DNA of 63,692 nt, the filler included, from Octopus bimaculoides (lineage: Eukaryota): NCBI RefSeq assembly GCF_001194135.2. It is 8 parts of 7 records of this genome, joined end to end, with 100 filler letters (N's around TTAATTAATTAA, not from the genome) between each part and the next. Parts side by side here need not be neighbours in the genome. Positions count along the whole stretch, not along the records: positions 1 to 17,536 come from NC_068997.1; 7 more parts are not named here. One strand, 5' to 3'. The notes under the pieces are model-generated. The model saw nothing but the letters and a program-made list of their open reading frames with translations, ran no database searches and was not told the origin of the DNA. This document shows positions 1 to 13,080 of the stretch, piece by piece. Numbering within the stretch: position 1 is the first letter of the stretch; the number at the start of each line of letters is the position of its first letter. The position numbers were made by a program, and so were the translations under genes.

Positions 1-104
1 CGAGGATATAGTAGAAGACACTTGCCCAAGGTGCCACGCAGTAGGACGGAACCTGGAGCCATGTGGTTGGTAAGCAAGCTACTTACCACACAGCCACTCC
101 TATG

Positions 105-138
<34 letters not shown>

Positions 139-2445
139 ATCATCATCATCATCATTTAACATCCCATGCTAGCATGGGTTGCACGATTTGACTGAGGACT
201 GGCAAGCCAGAAGGCTGCACTAGGCTCCAATCTGTTCTGACAGAGTTTTCACAGCTGGATGCCCTTCCTAACGCCAACCACTGAGCGTGTAATGGGTGCT
301 TTTACGTGCCACCGGCACGAGGGCCAGTCACACGGTACTGGCAACGGCCACGCTCAAAATAGTGTTTTTTACATGCCACCTGCACAGGTGCCAGTTTAGC
401 GGCACTGGCAATCATCTCGCTTGAATGATTTTCTAACGTGCCACCAGCACAAGTGCTAGTAGGCAACGCTGGTAACGATATTGTGTCCTTGAGCAAGACA
501 CTTTACTTCACATTGTTCCAGTCCTCTACCTGTATTTCAAAGGGCCAGCCTTGTCAGATTCTGTGTCATCCTGACTCTCCCTGAGAACTATGTTAAGGGT
601 ATACATGTCTGTAAAGTGCTCATCCACTTGCACATTAATTTCACAAGCAGGCTGTTCCATGGATTGGATCAAGCTGGAACCCTCGTCGTCGTAACTGACG
701 GAGTGCCAGTTGTAGCAGTTGTTCCTACCAATCACCACCGCCACCCTCAAGTCATTTTATAATTTGCGTGAAATTATAATGTTATATAATGTGCATGAAA
801 TTTAAATGTCGGTTGGAAAGACATAAATTGCATGGAAGTCTGTCAGAAAGAAAGAAAGAGAGGAGGAGGAGGAGAGAAAGAGAGGGAGGAGAGAGAAGGG
901 GAAAGAGAATGAGAGAGTTCTTGCTTTTTAGTAGTAGTAGTAGTAGTAGATTTAATGTGTTGCTTGGTTTAACCTCCTGTTACCTGGCCCTCAGGTGTGA
1001 CCCTTGAGTGACCCTTGGGCGACTTTAGCAGAAGCAGGTCCCTTGCAAGCATTCATGCATGCTATCCCTTGTTAGAGAACAACTTCCCTCCTTCACTCCC
1101 GTCATTCACAGAGGCTCTTAAGAAGGTCCTGAGTGCTACTCCTCCTCCTCTGACTTAGCAAAAATATGTAAAAAGAAATGTATGAGAATGTCTGAGTGTG
1201 TGTGTATGTGTAATATGTGTGTAGGTGTTTGTATGTGTGTGTAACTTTACTCTGGATCAGTGATTATGATTGCATTGCATAAATTTATTTTTGGTTTATT
1301 TATTTTATGCTATAATTGTTGGATAATAGCAATGTTGGTTTTGACGTCTCCAATGCTCCATTCATTAGTTCACCGCTTTTCTGAAGGTGACAGTGACTGA
1401 AACACAGTGCAGAACAAATATTCAAAAGGATTCTTCTTTTTTCTTTTTTTTTTTTTTTGGACAGTAACAACTTGAGTTCTTTTTTTTTTTTTTGCCCCCA
1501 TTTACATCCTTTACAGATTGCATTGGTGAATCAGCAGAGTTACTAAGAAACTCAGATAGAACATTTTGCAGTATTTGTTCTGATACCTGGCACCCTGAGT
1601 TCAAATCCTGCAAGGTCAGCTTAATCTGTTATTCTTTCAGGGGTTCATTAAAGAGTATCAAGCCAGGGCAGTGAATAAGCAGAAAAGTAAGAACATCAGA
1701 CTAGATTGCTTGCAGAATTTGTTTGGGCTGTTTGCATTCTGAGTTCAAATCCTGTCATGACCTGCTTGTTGTTGTTGTTATTATTTGTTCCTTCTTGAGC
1801 CATGTCATAAGCTTCAACAAGAAAATCTTATCTAGAACCCCCCGAAGGCCATATGGATCCAGGTTCCCAACTGGAATCCATATGGCTGAGAGAGAGAGAG
1901 AGAGAGAGACAGGCAGACAGAGTGAACCTTATGTTGCCAGCAACAACAATACCTTCCTGGATTTTTTTTTCCTCCTATTGTACTCAGGTCACTATGGTTT
2001 CAAACCACATTGGTAATTATCTCACCTTCAAAACAGAAACTGTCAACTTCTCCCAGACATCTTGAAACACTGAATTTCATGGTTGCTTTTCCTGTTAATA
2101 ACTGCTCCTATCTGCTACATAGAAGTCATGGTTGACATACCTGACTGCTTCCAGGTAGTGGATTCCACTGATTTTTTCAAGACTGCACCCTACATTTTTC
2201 TTTTCTTTCTTTTTTTTCTTTAAATTTAAGCTACCTGCTACTTTTTGCTTCATTAGAAATTTACCTTGTGTGTGTGTGTGCATGGGCAGGGAAAGGACTA
2301 CAATCTGGTTCTCTTCTGAAGCACATCATTTCAGGGTCAACCCCACTGCACACCATCCTGAGCAAGCCACTCCTATTATACTCCAACCAAGCACTGCCAT
2401 GTAGTGAATTTGGAAAATGGAAACTGTGTGGAAGCTCATATATAT

Positions 2446-2671
2446 CTTTTATCTTTTACTTGTTTCAATCATTAGACTGCGGTCATGCTGGGGCACCACC
2501 TTGAATTCTTTTTAGTTGACTGAATCAACCCCAGTACATATTTTTTAAGCCTGGTATTTACTTTATTAGTCTCTTTTTTGAACCACTAAGTTACAGGGAC
2601 ATAAACACACCAACACTGGTTATCAAGCAGTGATGGTGGGGACAAAAATAGACACAAATAGACACAAAGAG

Positions 2672-2722
<51 letters not shown>

Positions 2723-2882
2723 CACACAACAGGCTTTTTTCAGTTTCCATCAACCAAATCCACTCATAAGGCTTTGGTTGGTGCAAGGGTATAGCAGAGG
2801 ACACTTGCCCAAGGTGTTACACTGAACCTGGAACCATGTGGTTGGGAAGCAAGCTTCTTACTACACAGCCATGCCTGCACCT
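2446..2882 (-). mobile_element. SINE family B, CpG-decayed copy
   Basis: Colinear with the reverse complement of 24169-24620, with many CpG to TpG/CpA changes. Confidence 0.85.
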
Positions 2883-3714
2883 ATATATATGTATTGTTGT
2901 GTCTTGGGAGGATCATTACACCAATAATAATTGCACACACACAAGTTCCATATAATTTCTTTATTGTTAATCAATTAGTCGGTTAGATATTTAACCAAAT
3001 GACTGTTTGTTAGTCAAACTTCTTTTGTCAGTTTGCAATCTTTTCAGTGACTTTGTGACATCTCTTCTCACTCCAGCTACTATTTCTAGCATGTTGACTG
3101 ACCACACAGAGGCTCCCTGCTATATGTAAGTGAATCAAAACTTGTAAGCAGATGGCAGAGGTTTAGGCAATCCTTCAGTATGTGATATCCCTTTCATTTT
3201 GACAAAGTGAAAATGAGTCTTATATGCGAGAACTGAAATGTGGACTAACTAAATATTTTTTTGATAAATCTTGATTATTCCAAAACCACAAGCATTTATA
3301 GAATGAACAAGCAGTCAAAATACAATAAAAAAACATTCCAAAAATTTCAACTATCTTATCTACAATTTTCAAATTGGGTGGGAGAAATAATTGCAGGATG
3401 TTGAAATTTGATATCTTAGAAGTGACTTAAAGCAAGTTACTTCAACCAAACATACACACACATACATGCACAAGGACACGCAAACACACATATACACGCA
3501 CACATATGCACAAAGGTGGTTGTGCTGTAATAAATACAAATTCATTACAAATAAACAAATCAGTTTTTGTTTATTAAGAAGTTTGCTTCATTACGATGAA
3601 ATTCTGGGTCCAGTCCCATTGTGGGACACCTTGACCAAATGTCTTTTACTATAGCCCTGAGCTGACCAAAATTTTGAGAATGGATTTGGTAGGGGGAAAC
3701 TGAAAGAAGCCAGT

Positions 3715-3745
<31 letters not shown>

Positions 3746-4432
3746 TATTATCTAAAACACTGGCAGAATTGTTAACATGCTGGGTGAAATGCGTAGCGGT
3801 ATTTTGTCTGTCTTCACATTCTGAGTTCAAATGCTGCCGGGGCCAAACTTTGCATTTCATCCTTTCAGGTGATGCATTCTGTTCATGAGCAAAACATTTC
3901 GTTTCAAATTGCTCCAGCCCACTCAGCTGGTAAAAAAAATATGAGCAATCCTCCGATGGACTGGCGTCCCATCCAGGGAAGAATATATATGCCAGATAAA
4001 CCGGGAAACTGGCCCTATGCTCCTTATGGAATATTGTGGACTAACCAGGATGCATTGAAGTTATACTTTATTAATTTCAATAAGTATTTTGCAAAGGAAT
4101 TACATGCTATGTATGCAGATGCAACTAATGAATTTAATATTCATGAGTAAAATAAAAAAAAAAAATTACTGATCCAAAGAGAAAAAGTGGATTACTGTAA
4201 AATCTTAGACAAATAATGCAGTTATCATTTCTTTTTTTTTTAACATTGTTTAAGCTTACAAGGATCATGCATCCTCAGAATAAGAATAGGCTCTCTCTAT
4301 AAATAATATTAGTATATTGCTTATGTTAACAGTAAATTCATTTATGTATTTGGTGCATAGAATTAAGGGTTATGCAATAAAGTAATATCTAAGGACTAGA
4401 GTCAACTGTAGAAATCCTGGTTTGCTTCACTA

Positions 4433-4522
4433 CCTGCTGACAGACCACACCCTACTGACAGGCCACGCCCTGCTGACAGGCCTCACCCCACCAACAAACC
4501 ACGCCCTACTGACAGACCATAT
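4433..4522. repeat. 18-bp minisatellite, about 5 diverged units
   Basis: ctactgacagaccacgcc-like units in tandem. Confidence 0.8.
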
Positions 4523-4718
4523 TCTGCCTACACTGTCCTTTTAGGATGGGAGGGTAGTTTATTTTTAGTTATTTTCATTGAAACCTGTAGCCTAAGGTAC
4601 TTAGTACCCGAAGATGACCACTGCTTGAATAGCAGTGACCAATGCTGATCTGGAATGTAAACAAAAGCAACAGTAACAATATATCTGAGAAATAATGTGT
4701 TTTAGATTTTTTTCTTAC

Positions 4719-4889
4719 CTGTCTATAAAAACAGGGAATCGTATCCGCACTGGATAACCCCATTTCCGAATGTTGATGGTTTGTAAAATCCCAGAATACT
4801 TCAATTGTTCCATCACAGTCTCCGACTTGAACAACATTGGCGATTTGGTGTTATTTGGTTTGATACAGCGAACAAAATAAGGATTACAC
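4719..4889 (-). CDS. MYO15-like: Myosin motor domain exon (CIKPN, SH2-SH1 helices)
   Basis: cttctttatcag|G TGT ... GAC AG|gtaag; CNPYFVRCIKPNNTKSPMLFKSETVMEQLKYSGILQTINIRKWGYPVRIRFPVFID(R). The next exon was not found inside the window. Confidence 0.95.
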
Positions 4890-5440
4890 CTGATAAAGAA
4901 GAGAGAATAAGGATTAACTAGTGGATTAACAGCAGATTAGGCTATTTGAAGTGATAGCAGAAGATTTTCCTTATAAGAAAAAGTGGGAGATCATTCTGGG
5001 ATCATCATTAATTATTTTTATGCTGGTGTTACATAAAAAGCACCAGTGCTAGCAGTATGTAAGAAGCACCTATGTTGGTGCCACATATAACGCACTTGTG
5101 CTGGTGCTACATATAATGCACTTGTGCTGGTGCCACATAAATGCACCCTGTGCACACTGTAAAATGGTTGGTGTTAGGAAGGGCATCCAGCCATGGAAAC
5201 CATGCCAAAACAGACAACTGGAGTCAGGTGCAGCTCTCCCATTTGCCAGCTTCTATCAAACTGTCCAACCCATGCCAGCATGGAAAATGAATGTTGAATG
5301 ATGATGATGATGGTGATGCCCCCTTTTCCCATGCTGGTTGGTTAGATGAGATATATTGAGACATTATTTTATTACCAAATGTCCTTCATGTCACCAACCC
5401 TTACCTACTTCAGAATTAACAAATTGCTATTCTCCAAGCA

Positions 5441-5753
5441 TGTGCAACGTAAACACCCACTGTACTCTCCTGGTTTGGCACCAACGGATTTCCACTTCTT
5501 TCGATCTCTTTCAAATGCTATGCACAGAGTTTCGTTCAGTACTGATGCAGAATTGAGAGCTTGGTTGGATCAATTTTTCGACTCGAAATCGGGTCATTTC
5601 TACCAACGTGGTATTGAAAATCTTGTTGAACAACGGGAAGAAGTTGTAAACAACAAGGGGGAATATATCATTCATTAATTAGTTATTTTTTATTAAACCT
5701 TTAAAAAAATTTAAATTCTAAAAAACGGCAGGAACTTAGTTGCCAACATAATA
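5441..5753 (+). mobile_element. Mariner transposon 3' remnant (transposase C-terminus + right TIR)
   Basis: HPLYSPGLAPTDFHFFRSLSNAM...LVEQREEVVNNKGEYIIH matches the mariner HPPYSPDLAP(S/T)D motif; followed by TIR-like AAAAACGGCAGGAACTTAGTTGCCAACATAA and TA. Confidence 0.9.
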
Positions 5754-5997
5754 CGTATATATACATAGATATATGTATGCTAATATTGAACTGTGAGAAC
5801 GAATGGTCAAAACTGGTGAATTAATGTCCTTTATTTGTCAGTTAACAAGGCCATCAATGTTTTCATGTCAAAAGAAATCTCTACAATTTTGAGGCATATC
5901 ACATGAGAATGCTGGTACTTGAAAATTTACATCAAACTATTGGTAAATTTGTTAACCTAAAATAAAGTGTGTGCGTGTATATGCATGCACGTATGTA

Positions 5998-6052
<55 letters not shown>

Positions 6053-7069
6053 CAATGTAACAGCACACCTTTGATGCAAGTCTGATGCAGTACCACTCTA
6101 ATATCTAAACACAGTGATGTCACTTGGCACACTGCTTCATGAAGGTCAGTGCTAGCTCTCACTGCACACACAACTATGTGCTGCCATCTGTCGGCATGCT
6201 ACAGAACTAGTCAAGGTACTTTTTGATACCACCTTGTACACTATGTGTCACTGTAATAACCATATGGGGTTAGAATAGTCGTCCAGTTCAAGGATGGTCC
6301 CGATAAAACAGACCATTATTAAGAGATATTTCGACTGAAACCATCCTACGTTTTCCCTATTTCCAGGAAAACCAGGACTGCATTATCCAATGCACCTCTT
6401 TCAAAAATAGCAAGGCATAATTTGAGAGAGATTTAGCTGTTATCTTTAACAGATAGAGCGACCACATAGAAGAGGCTCCTTCAGTAGTTATCAAAGTAAC
6501 AATATAAAGTGAAATATCATAGCAACTGTCTTTGAAAACGTGCATAGATTAGAGAGGGAGTTATTTGAGACAGGATTTTATGGCTGGATGCATTTTTGTA
6601 TGTAATCCTCACCTGTTTCTTTTTTTAGATACATACATNNNNNNNNNNTATATGTATATGTATATGTTTGCTGTATTGTGTGCTTTTGTTTATTAGACTG
6701 TGAAATAAGACAAGACAGTGAGCTGCTGTAGTGCAATGTGATATGGTCTGATGAGGAGTGTTTGAGGTGTAACAATGTACAACGTAGTGGTTTGTAATGT
6801 AATGGTTTAGTTTATTGATTCATGATCCAATGCTGTTTGCATCCAATGGTTATATGACATGGTATGCTACCATGTAAGGTAGGATATCACATATGGTGTG
6901 GTACTACGAACAATGTGGTATGATGTGGAACAACGAGGTAGAATGTTAAGGTGTTCTGTAGTATGGCACACGGCTCAGTGTTTAGAGCATTGGGCTCACA
7001 ATCACGAGGTAGTGAGTTCAATTCTCAGACCAGGTTGTGTGTTGTGTTCTTGAGCAAGAGACTTTATTT

Positions 7070-7385
7070 GGTGGCAAGCTGGCGGAATCGTTAGCACGCC
7101 GGGCGAAATGCTTAGCGGTATTTCGTCTGCCGCCACATTCTGAGTTCAAATTCCACCGAGGTCAACTGTTCCTGTCATCCTTTCGGGGTCGATTAAATAA
7201 GTACCAGTTACGCACTGGGGTCGTTATAATCGACTTAATCCATTTGTCTGTCGTTGTTTGTCCCCTCTGTGTGTAGNNNNNNNNNNGTACCAGTTACGCA
7301 CTGGGGTCGTTATAATCGACTTAATCCATTTGTCTGTCGTTGTTTGTCCCCTCTGTGTGTAGCCCCTTGTGGGCAGTAAAGAAAT
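7070..7385 (+). mobile_element. SINE family A, full-length with 14-bp TSD, nested in a family C element
   Basis: ggcaagctggcggaatcgttagcacgccgggcgaaatgc...gttctgagttcaaat...ggggtcgat...taaagaaat; AAGAGACTTTATTT at 7056-7069 and 7386-7399. Other copies near 3765, 9470, 10212(-), 10860(-), 15520, 18530, 20755, 21005, 22190(-), 33195, 38785(-), 38990(-), 55630, 56062(-), 61297(-). Confidence 0.9.
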
Positions 7386-7752
7386 AAGAGACTTTATTTC
7401 ATGTTGCTGCAGTTCATTCAGCTGTAGAAATGAGTTGCGATGTCACAGGTGCCAAACTGTATTGGCCTTTGCCTTTCCCTTGGACAACATTGGTAGTGTG
7501 AAGAGGGGAAGGTGGTATGCATTGGCAAATGCTGGTCTTCCATAAACAACCCTTCCTGGACTTGTGCTTCTGAGGGGAACTTTCTAGGTGCAATCCCATA
7601 GTCATTGATGACTGAAGGGGGTCTTTTTCATTTTACTGTAGCACAGCACTACTAATATGTAGAGCAGAGGTAGTTTGGTAGATTATATTTATAATAAAGT
7701 GATGCACTGGTACACATTTACATGGGTCATTCAAATCAGAAATCATACTCAC

Positions 7753-7907
7753 TGTTTCATGGTATAGACAAGGGAAGCCAAACTTTCATTGAACTGTGCT
7801 GACACTGTTGGTGTTTTTGGTTTCATTGTTACATAGCGACCTGTGTTCTTGCTCAATGTCTTTGGAAGCAGTCGTCCTCTCATGTCTTCAAACATCTGGC
7901 AGATTAT
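7753..7907 (-). CDS. MYO15-like: Myosin motor domain exon (loop 2 / W helix)
   Basis: ttattgctcatag|ATA ... AAA CA|gtgagt; IICQMFEDMRGRLLPKTLSKNTGRYVTMKPKTPTVSAQFNESLASLVYTMK(Q). Ends in phase 2, completed by the next exon. Confidence 0.9.
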
Positions 7908-9299
7908 CTATGAGCAATAAACAATTTAGAGATGATTAGCGACTCAAGAAGAGCAAAAGATTCTATAGGAATTAACCCTTTTGTTACCATATCCCTGTTG
8001 AGATGCTTTGTGTTTCTTTCAATTAATTTTAAATATAATAAAGAATTTAGTAAAATAACTTAGTTATCATTCAGCTAGTGTTAGGAATATAAATTGTGAC
8101 TAAGGTTTGGTGGAAGATTTTAATTCAGAACTTTTGAAAACAAGACATTTGTACTAGTGAGCCAGGGGCAGTTTCAGCCAGGTTGGTTTTGAAAGGGTTA
8201 ATGAAATATTCCTAATGAAGTTTCTGGTCAGGAGGAAGCTGATTGGTCACACAGGCAGCAATGGTGAAATATTGGAAAAGTTAGAAAGTGATATAAGATG
8301 GAGTAAGAGAATTTATAAAAAGATAAGTGAAGGATGACACATGGGGGTGATGAAATTAGAAAGTTAGTAGGGATATTAGGAGAGGAAAGCTGGGGATGAG
8401 AAGAGAGAGAAAGAAAGAGAGAGAATGAAAAGGGGAGGGAGATGGAGAGGGAGGGAGGAGGGAAGGGGGGGGAGAGACAGAGATGGCTTCAAACAGAGAT
8501 GTGTGGTTATAGTAGACCTTGAAAAGATAAGGTTGGCAAAAGAGAGAAGACAGAGCAGAAGGTAAATGCGGCAAGAGTTTAAGGTGAGGTGGTTTGATCA
8601 ACCATGAAAGTCCACATGGAAAAGTCTGAATGTGGATAATGATGATGGTAGTGATGAAGATGATGATGATGAAAAATGCAAATTATTTCACTTAGGGTTC
8701 CATTTGATGTCTCAAGTGAAGAAAGATAGAGCTATGTGATCACTTGACCTACTAAAAATAGTAACTAAGTCATCCATAAATCAAGAGTCACTGTCTATGT
8801 TAAAAAAAAAAAAGTTTGTTGTTGAGAATAGAATTCTAGAAACGTTATGACTGTATTGAGCAGAGTATTGGATGTTACTATATACTGCTAGTCACAATGC
8901 GCTTCCTTACAAAGTAGCTTTCTAATGATGCCACTAATCAAGCAGGCCAACATTGCCCTGAACAGGACACCAGTCCATTGTAGGGTCCCTCATTTACAGC
9001 TGAATGGACTGGAACAATGTGAAATGAAGTACTTGCTCAAGAACACAATGCACCAATGGTCTGGGAATTGAAATCTTGATCTTGTGACCATGAATGCAGT
9101 ACCCCAAACATTTGGCCGTGCAGATTGTATTTAATAAAAAAAAGAGATGGCCACGATTTAGAATTCTTTAACCATATTAAATTAAATTTTCTGATTAAGA
9201 TCTAAGATGCTCTCAAAGGAATAGGATTAGTGAAAGAAATCTGTTTAGAAGTTTCTCATAAGAAAAAACAATTCTATGCAAATAGTTTACGCAACTTAC

Positions 9300-9377
9300 A
9301 GAATTCTTGCTTTCACACAGCAATTCAACAACGTCACTCTGGAGTGTGTCCTTGTTTTTCTCTAAAAAGGATCTTGC
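9300..9377 (-). CDS. MYO15-like: Myosin motor domain exon (FLEKN motif)
   Basis: ttgttgcag|GCA ... TCT|gtaagt; 26 codons ARSFLEKNKDTLQSDVVELLCESKNS; phase 0/0. Confidence 0.94.
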
Positions 9378-10600
9378 CTGCAACAAACACAAAACAGTAG
9401 TTTAAAATAGCAAAACAGGGAAAAGAAAGGTTTGCTTTTTAATATTTAGGTGTAGAGGCATTTGTCTTCACAATCTGAGTTCAAATTCTGCCGAGGTTGG
9501 CTTTGTTTTTTATCCTTTTGGGGTCGATAACATAAGTACCAATTGAACACTGGGCTTAATGTAATTGACTAACTTCTACCCTAAAATTGCCGGCCTTGTG
9601 CCAAAACTTGAAATCAAATATTTTGGTGTAGAAGAAAGGACTACGTTTATGGCATTCGCAGACATGTTCTCTAAGACAGATGAGGTCGGTGTGGTTGATG
9701 TTTTACAAGAGAGAGCTTCTAGGTGATCCCTAGAGTTGCAAAAAATAGTAACTAAGTTGCCATCAAATCAAAATTACAGTTTTCATAAGAAAAAAAGGAA
9801 GGACATGAACAATATAATCCTAGACGCACTACATTTGACAGAGGAAAAAGTAAAAACTAAACAAAATAAATGTTCATAGCCGGAATATCTTTGATCTGCT
9901 CGATTAGGTCCGACTTGTGGCTAAATAGCACAGCAATGCGATTGAAAGTGTAGTTACTTGACCTTCTAGAAACAGATGTCAAATCTCCATGTCCTATCAA
10001 AACATTTTAAAAAATTGGAAGGGTACATTAAATGAGGTGCTCTTTCTTGATACAGTGCCTAGAAAAAGGAAAGAAAGAAGAGAAAGAAACAAGCAGGTGG
10101 CAGCAACAATGTCTTTCTGAAGTCACTGACTGCAGGTAGGACATGTACAGGGAGGGAATTCAAGAGGGAGCATGATGTAAAGAAGAAGGATTGTGTTGAT
10201 TGAAATGTACTTGGGCTAAACATAGAGGGGACAAACAAGGACAGACAAAGGGATTAAGTCAATTACATTGACCCCAGTGCGTAACTGGTACTTAATTTAT
10301 CGACCCCCAAAAGGATGAAAGGCAAAGTTGACCTCAGTGGAATTTGAACTCAGAATGTAATGGCAGATGAAATACTGCTAAGCAATTTCCCCGGCGTGCT
10401 AACAATTCTGCCAGCTCACCACCCTTGGAAATATTACCAGCTCGGAAATATTACCTTGCTTGGAAACAAGTAAAGTTTGACAACAGGAAGGGCACCCAGT
10501 TGTAGAAAATCTGCTTGAATGAAACAACCCTGACCCATGCAAGCATGGAAAAACTGACATTAAAATGATGATAATGATAATGATGTATCTGTATACTTAC

Positions 10601-10726
10601 ATTATATGTTACTTTGCCAGCATAATGGTAAATAATGAATTCCATGCTAGACATCCTTGGTTTCTCATAATTACAGCTCATGGAATGTTCGTAATGGCAC
10701 TTTTCTAAGAAAGACTTGTCTGATGC
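10601..10726 (-). CDS. MYO15-like: Myosin motor domain exon (HYAG strand)
   Basis: ttacag|GCA ... AAT|gtaagt; 42 codons ASDKSFLEKCHYEHSMSCNYEKPRMSSMEFIIYHYAGKVTYN, closely resembling myosin XV (KPKMPLPEFTIKHYAGKVTY, from memory). Confidence 0.95.
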
Positions 10727-11613
10727 CTGTAAGAGTCAAATCGCACTTTTGTCAATACTTTGCAGAACATCATTCTTATTTCTTTAAACACAGAAAAACA
10801 TTAAATATTTTGTAGAGAGAAAACATACAAGAGAAAATAAGGAATTACTTCAAAGTTTAATATTTTGGCACAAACCCAGCAAGTCTGAGGGTAGGGCTAA
10901 GTACTTTGACCCCAGAGCTCAGCTGGTACTTATCTTATTGACCTCGAATGGATGAAAAGTAAGTTGACTTCGGTGGCATTTGAACTCAGAATGTAGAGAT
11001 GGATGAAATGCTGCTAAGCATTTTGCCCGGCATGTTGGATGGTTTGACTGAGGGCTGGCAAGCCAGAAGGCTGTACCTAGCTCCAATCTGATCTATAGCT
11101 TATTTCTACTTTGCTCCCTTCAGTTATATAGTCTATATATGGTTTATTCAAGGAACAGATTATACCCTTGTTTGGGAAGCATATATTGTGTATACCCTAG
11201 TTTCAGAATTGTTACAGAGTTTACTGTGCCTCGATTCTTATGATACACTTTCCTGTGAGTTTTTAGAGGCAATTAAAAAGCCTGGTGCCAAAAAAAGCAT
11301 CTGGTCATAAAATACAGTCTCAGTAAACCTGCGCCACCCATACTAAGGGACTGGGATACTACCATACTAAGGGATAGAAAACGATGATCATGATGAAGAT
11401 TCAGGTTGTGTAACTCTTGTGTTAAGCTAGTATATAGTAAACTTCTTTATGTCCCCTTGACTAAGTGGTTCACCAAAAAGGGCCTGATGGAATAAGTATC
11501 AAACTTTAAATACTAAGGTTGGTTTGATTGACTAAACAAAATACGTCAAAGCAGTGCTCCAGCTTGGTCACAGTTTAATGAATGAAACAAGTGAAAGAAG
11601 GAAAGAATATTAC

Positions 11614-11841
11614 CCTTGGGAAATTACACTCATCGTCAAGGATATGAAAAATGCCGGATGGTTTGCTGCTGATGAGACAAATGAGTTCCTGGTTGTTTGG
11701 GAAGTCAATCTGGCTCCAGTTGATGCGCTCCTTCTTGTATTCCTTCTGTTCCATGAGGAAGATGCATTCATTGAAGAAACTCTGTAGTGTCTCATTTGCA
11801 TAATTGATGCACAGCTGTTCAAAACTGTTTAAAGATATGTC
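11614..11841 (-). CDS. MYO15-like: Myosin motor domain exon (relay helix)
   Basis: tttttgtag|GAC ... AGG|gtaata; 76 codons DISLNSFEQLCINYANETLQSFFNECIFLMEQKEYKKERINWSQIDFPNNQELICLISSKPSGIFHILDDECNFPR. Phase 0 matches the previous exon. Not given as an ORF in the track; translated by hand. Confidence 0.96.
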
Positions 11842-12000
11842 CTACAAAAATGGAAACAGAAAGAATAAGCAAATGTGCATATATTATACTACTACTACCA
11901 CTACACTGCTACATCGTCGTCATCCTTGTTATTATTGAAATCTCAAAGTTACAAGATAATGCATGATTAATTCAAAACAGTGTTAATAAACAAGCATTAG

Positions 12001-12540
12001 ACATCATCATCATCATTTAACGGCTGTTGTCCGTGCTGGCATGGGTTCGACGGTTTGACCAGGGCTGGGAAGCTGGAAGGCTGCACCAGACTCCAGTATG
12101 ATTTGGTAGGTTTCTGTGGCTGAATGCCCTTCCTAATGCCAACTACTCTTAGAGCGTGATGGGTGTGTTTACATGCCACTGGTGTGAGTGCCATTTGCAT
12201 GCCACTGGTATCTGCCATGACTGTGATTTTGCTTGGCTTCATGGGTCTTCTTTTCAAGCATGACATAATATCAAGGTCTTGGTCATTTGTCATTGCCTCT
12301 GTGAGGCCCAGCACTCGAAAGGAGCTTGTCATGTGCCACAGGCATTGGCCACTTTGGCTTCGTGAGGCCCAACACTTGGAAGGTGCTTTTTACATGTCAG
12401 TCACATGACACCAACGTCAGCCATGACTAGGATTTTACTTGACTTGACAGGTTTTCTCAAGCACAACATATCGCCAAAAGTCTCGGTCACTAGTCATCAC
12501 CTCTGTGAGGTTCAAAGTTCAAAGATCATGCCTCACCATT
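12001..12540 (+). mobile_element. Dispersed repeat family D ((CAT)n-flanked, LINE-tail-like)
   Basis: catcatcatttaac...catgggtt...ggatgcccttcctaa(c/t)gccaac recurs at 138-480, 5035-5312(-), 10440-10590(-), 11035-11095, 12700-12845(-). Confidence 0.8.
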
Positions 12541-13080
12541 TCTAAAGGATTAATTTTTTTATACAATTCCTAATAATATCTAATTATACAAATACAATAA
12601 GTTTATTTTTTATATACAGTGAATAACTATAGAGGTTCACTAGATTGAAATAGAAATCAAAGGGATTCCGTTGACAAAAAAATCATTGAGACCCAGGGAT
12701 GTTAGGAAGGGCATCCAGCTGTAGAAACTATGCCAAAACAGACACAGAAGTCTGGTGCAGGATCCTGCTTAGCCAGCTCCTGTCAAACTGTCCAACCCAT
12801 ACCAGCATAGAAGAAGGATGTTAAACGATGATGATGATGATGATGAACTTGAAACAAATGAGACTGGTTGAATGAGTCAGTTGATTGCAAAGATGGTGCA
12901 ACATGTTAATATGTATCAAGAATCTGGGACATGCATGTCTATGGTAGACTGTAAGGAAAAACACTATAAGGAATCCATTGTTTACAATCAGTGAATGTGA
13001 GGGAAATACAAGCTCACTCACACAAAAGTGTATGTTTATTGTTTGTATGTACCAGTGTATGTTTGTTCTTCATGTATATA

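Noticed and set aside
1422-1674. Exon-like ORFs with a strong plus-strand acceptor
   Set aside because: The sequence is a decayed SINE family A copy.
4586-4684. Possible next myosin exon (RYIVTVAF...)
   Set aside because: It would need a 34-nt intron and the peptide does not resemble a converter domain.
5040-5160. Short repeat-spacer-like array (gcacttgtgctggtg...)
   Set aside because: These are internal tandem units of repeat family D without unique spacers in eukaryotic DNA; not CRISPR.
7201-7362. 76-bp direct repeat around a 10-N gap (similarly 31 bp around 24278-24287)
   Set aside because: Exact duplicates flanking a minimal gap indicate an unmerged contig overlap.
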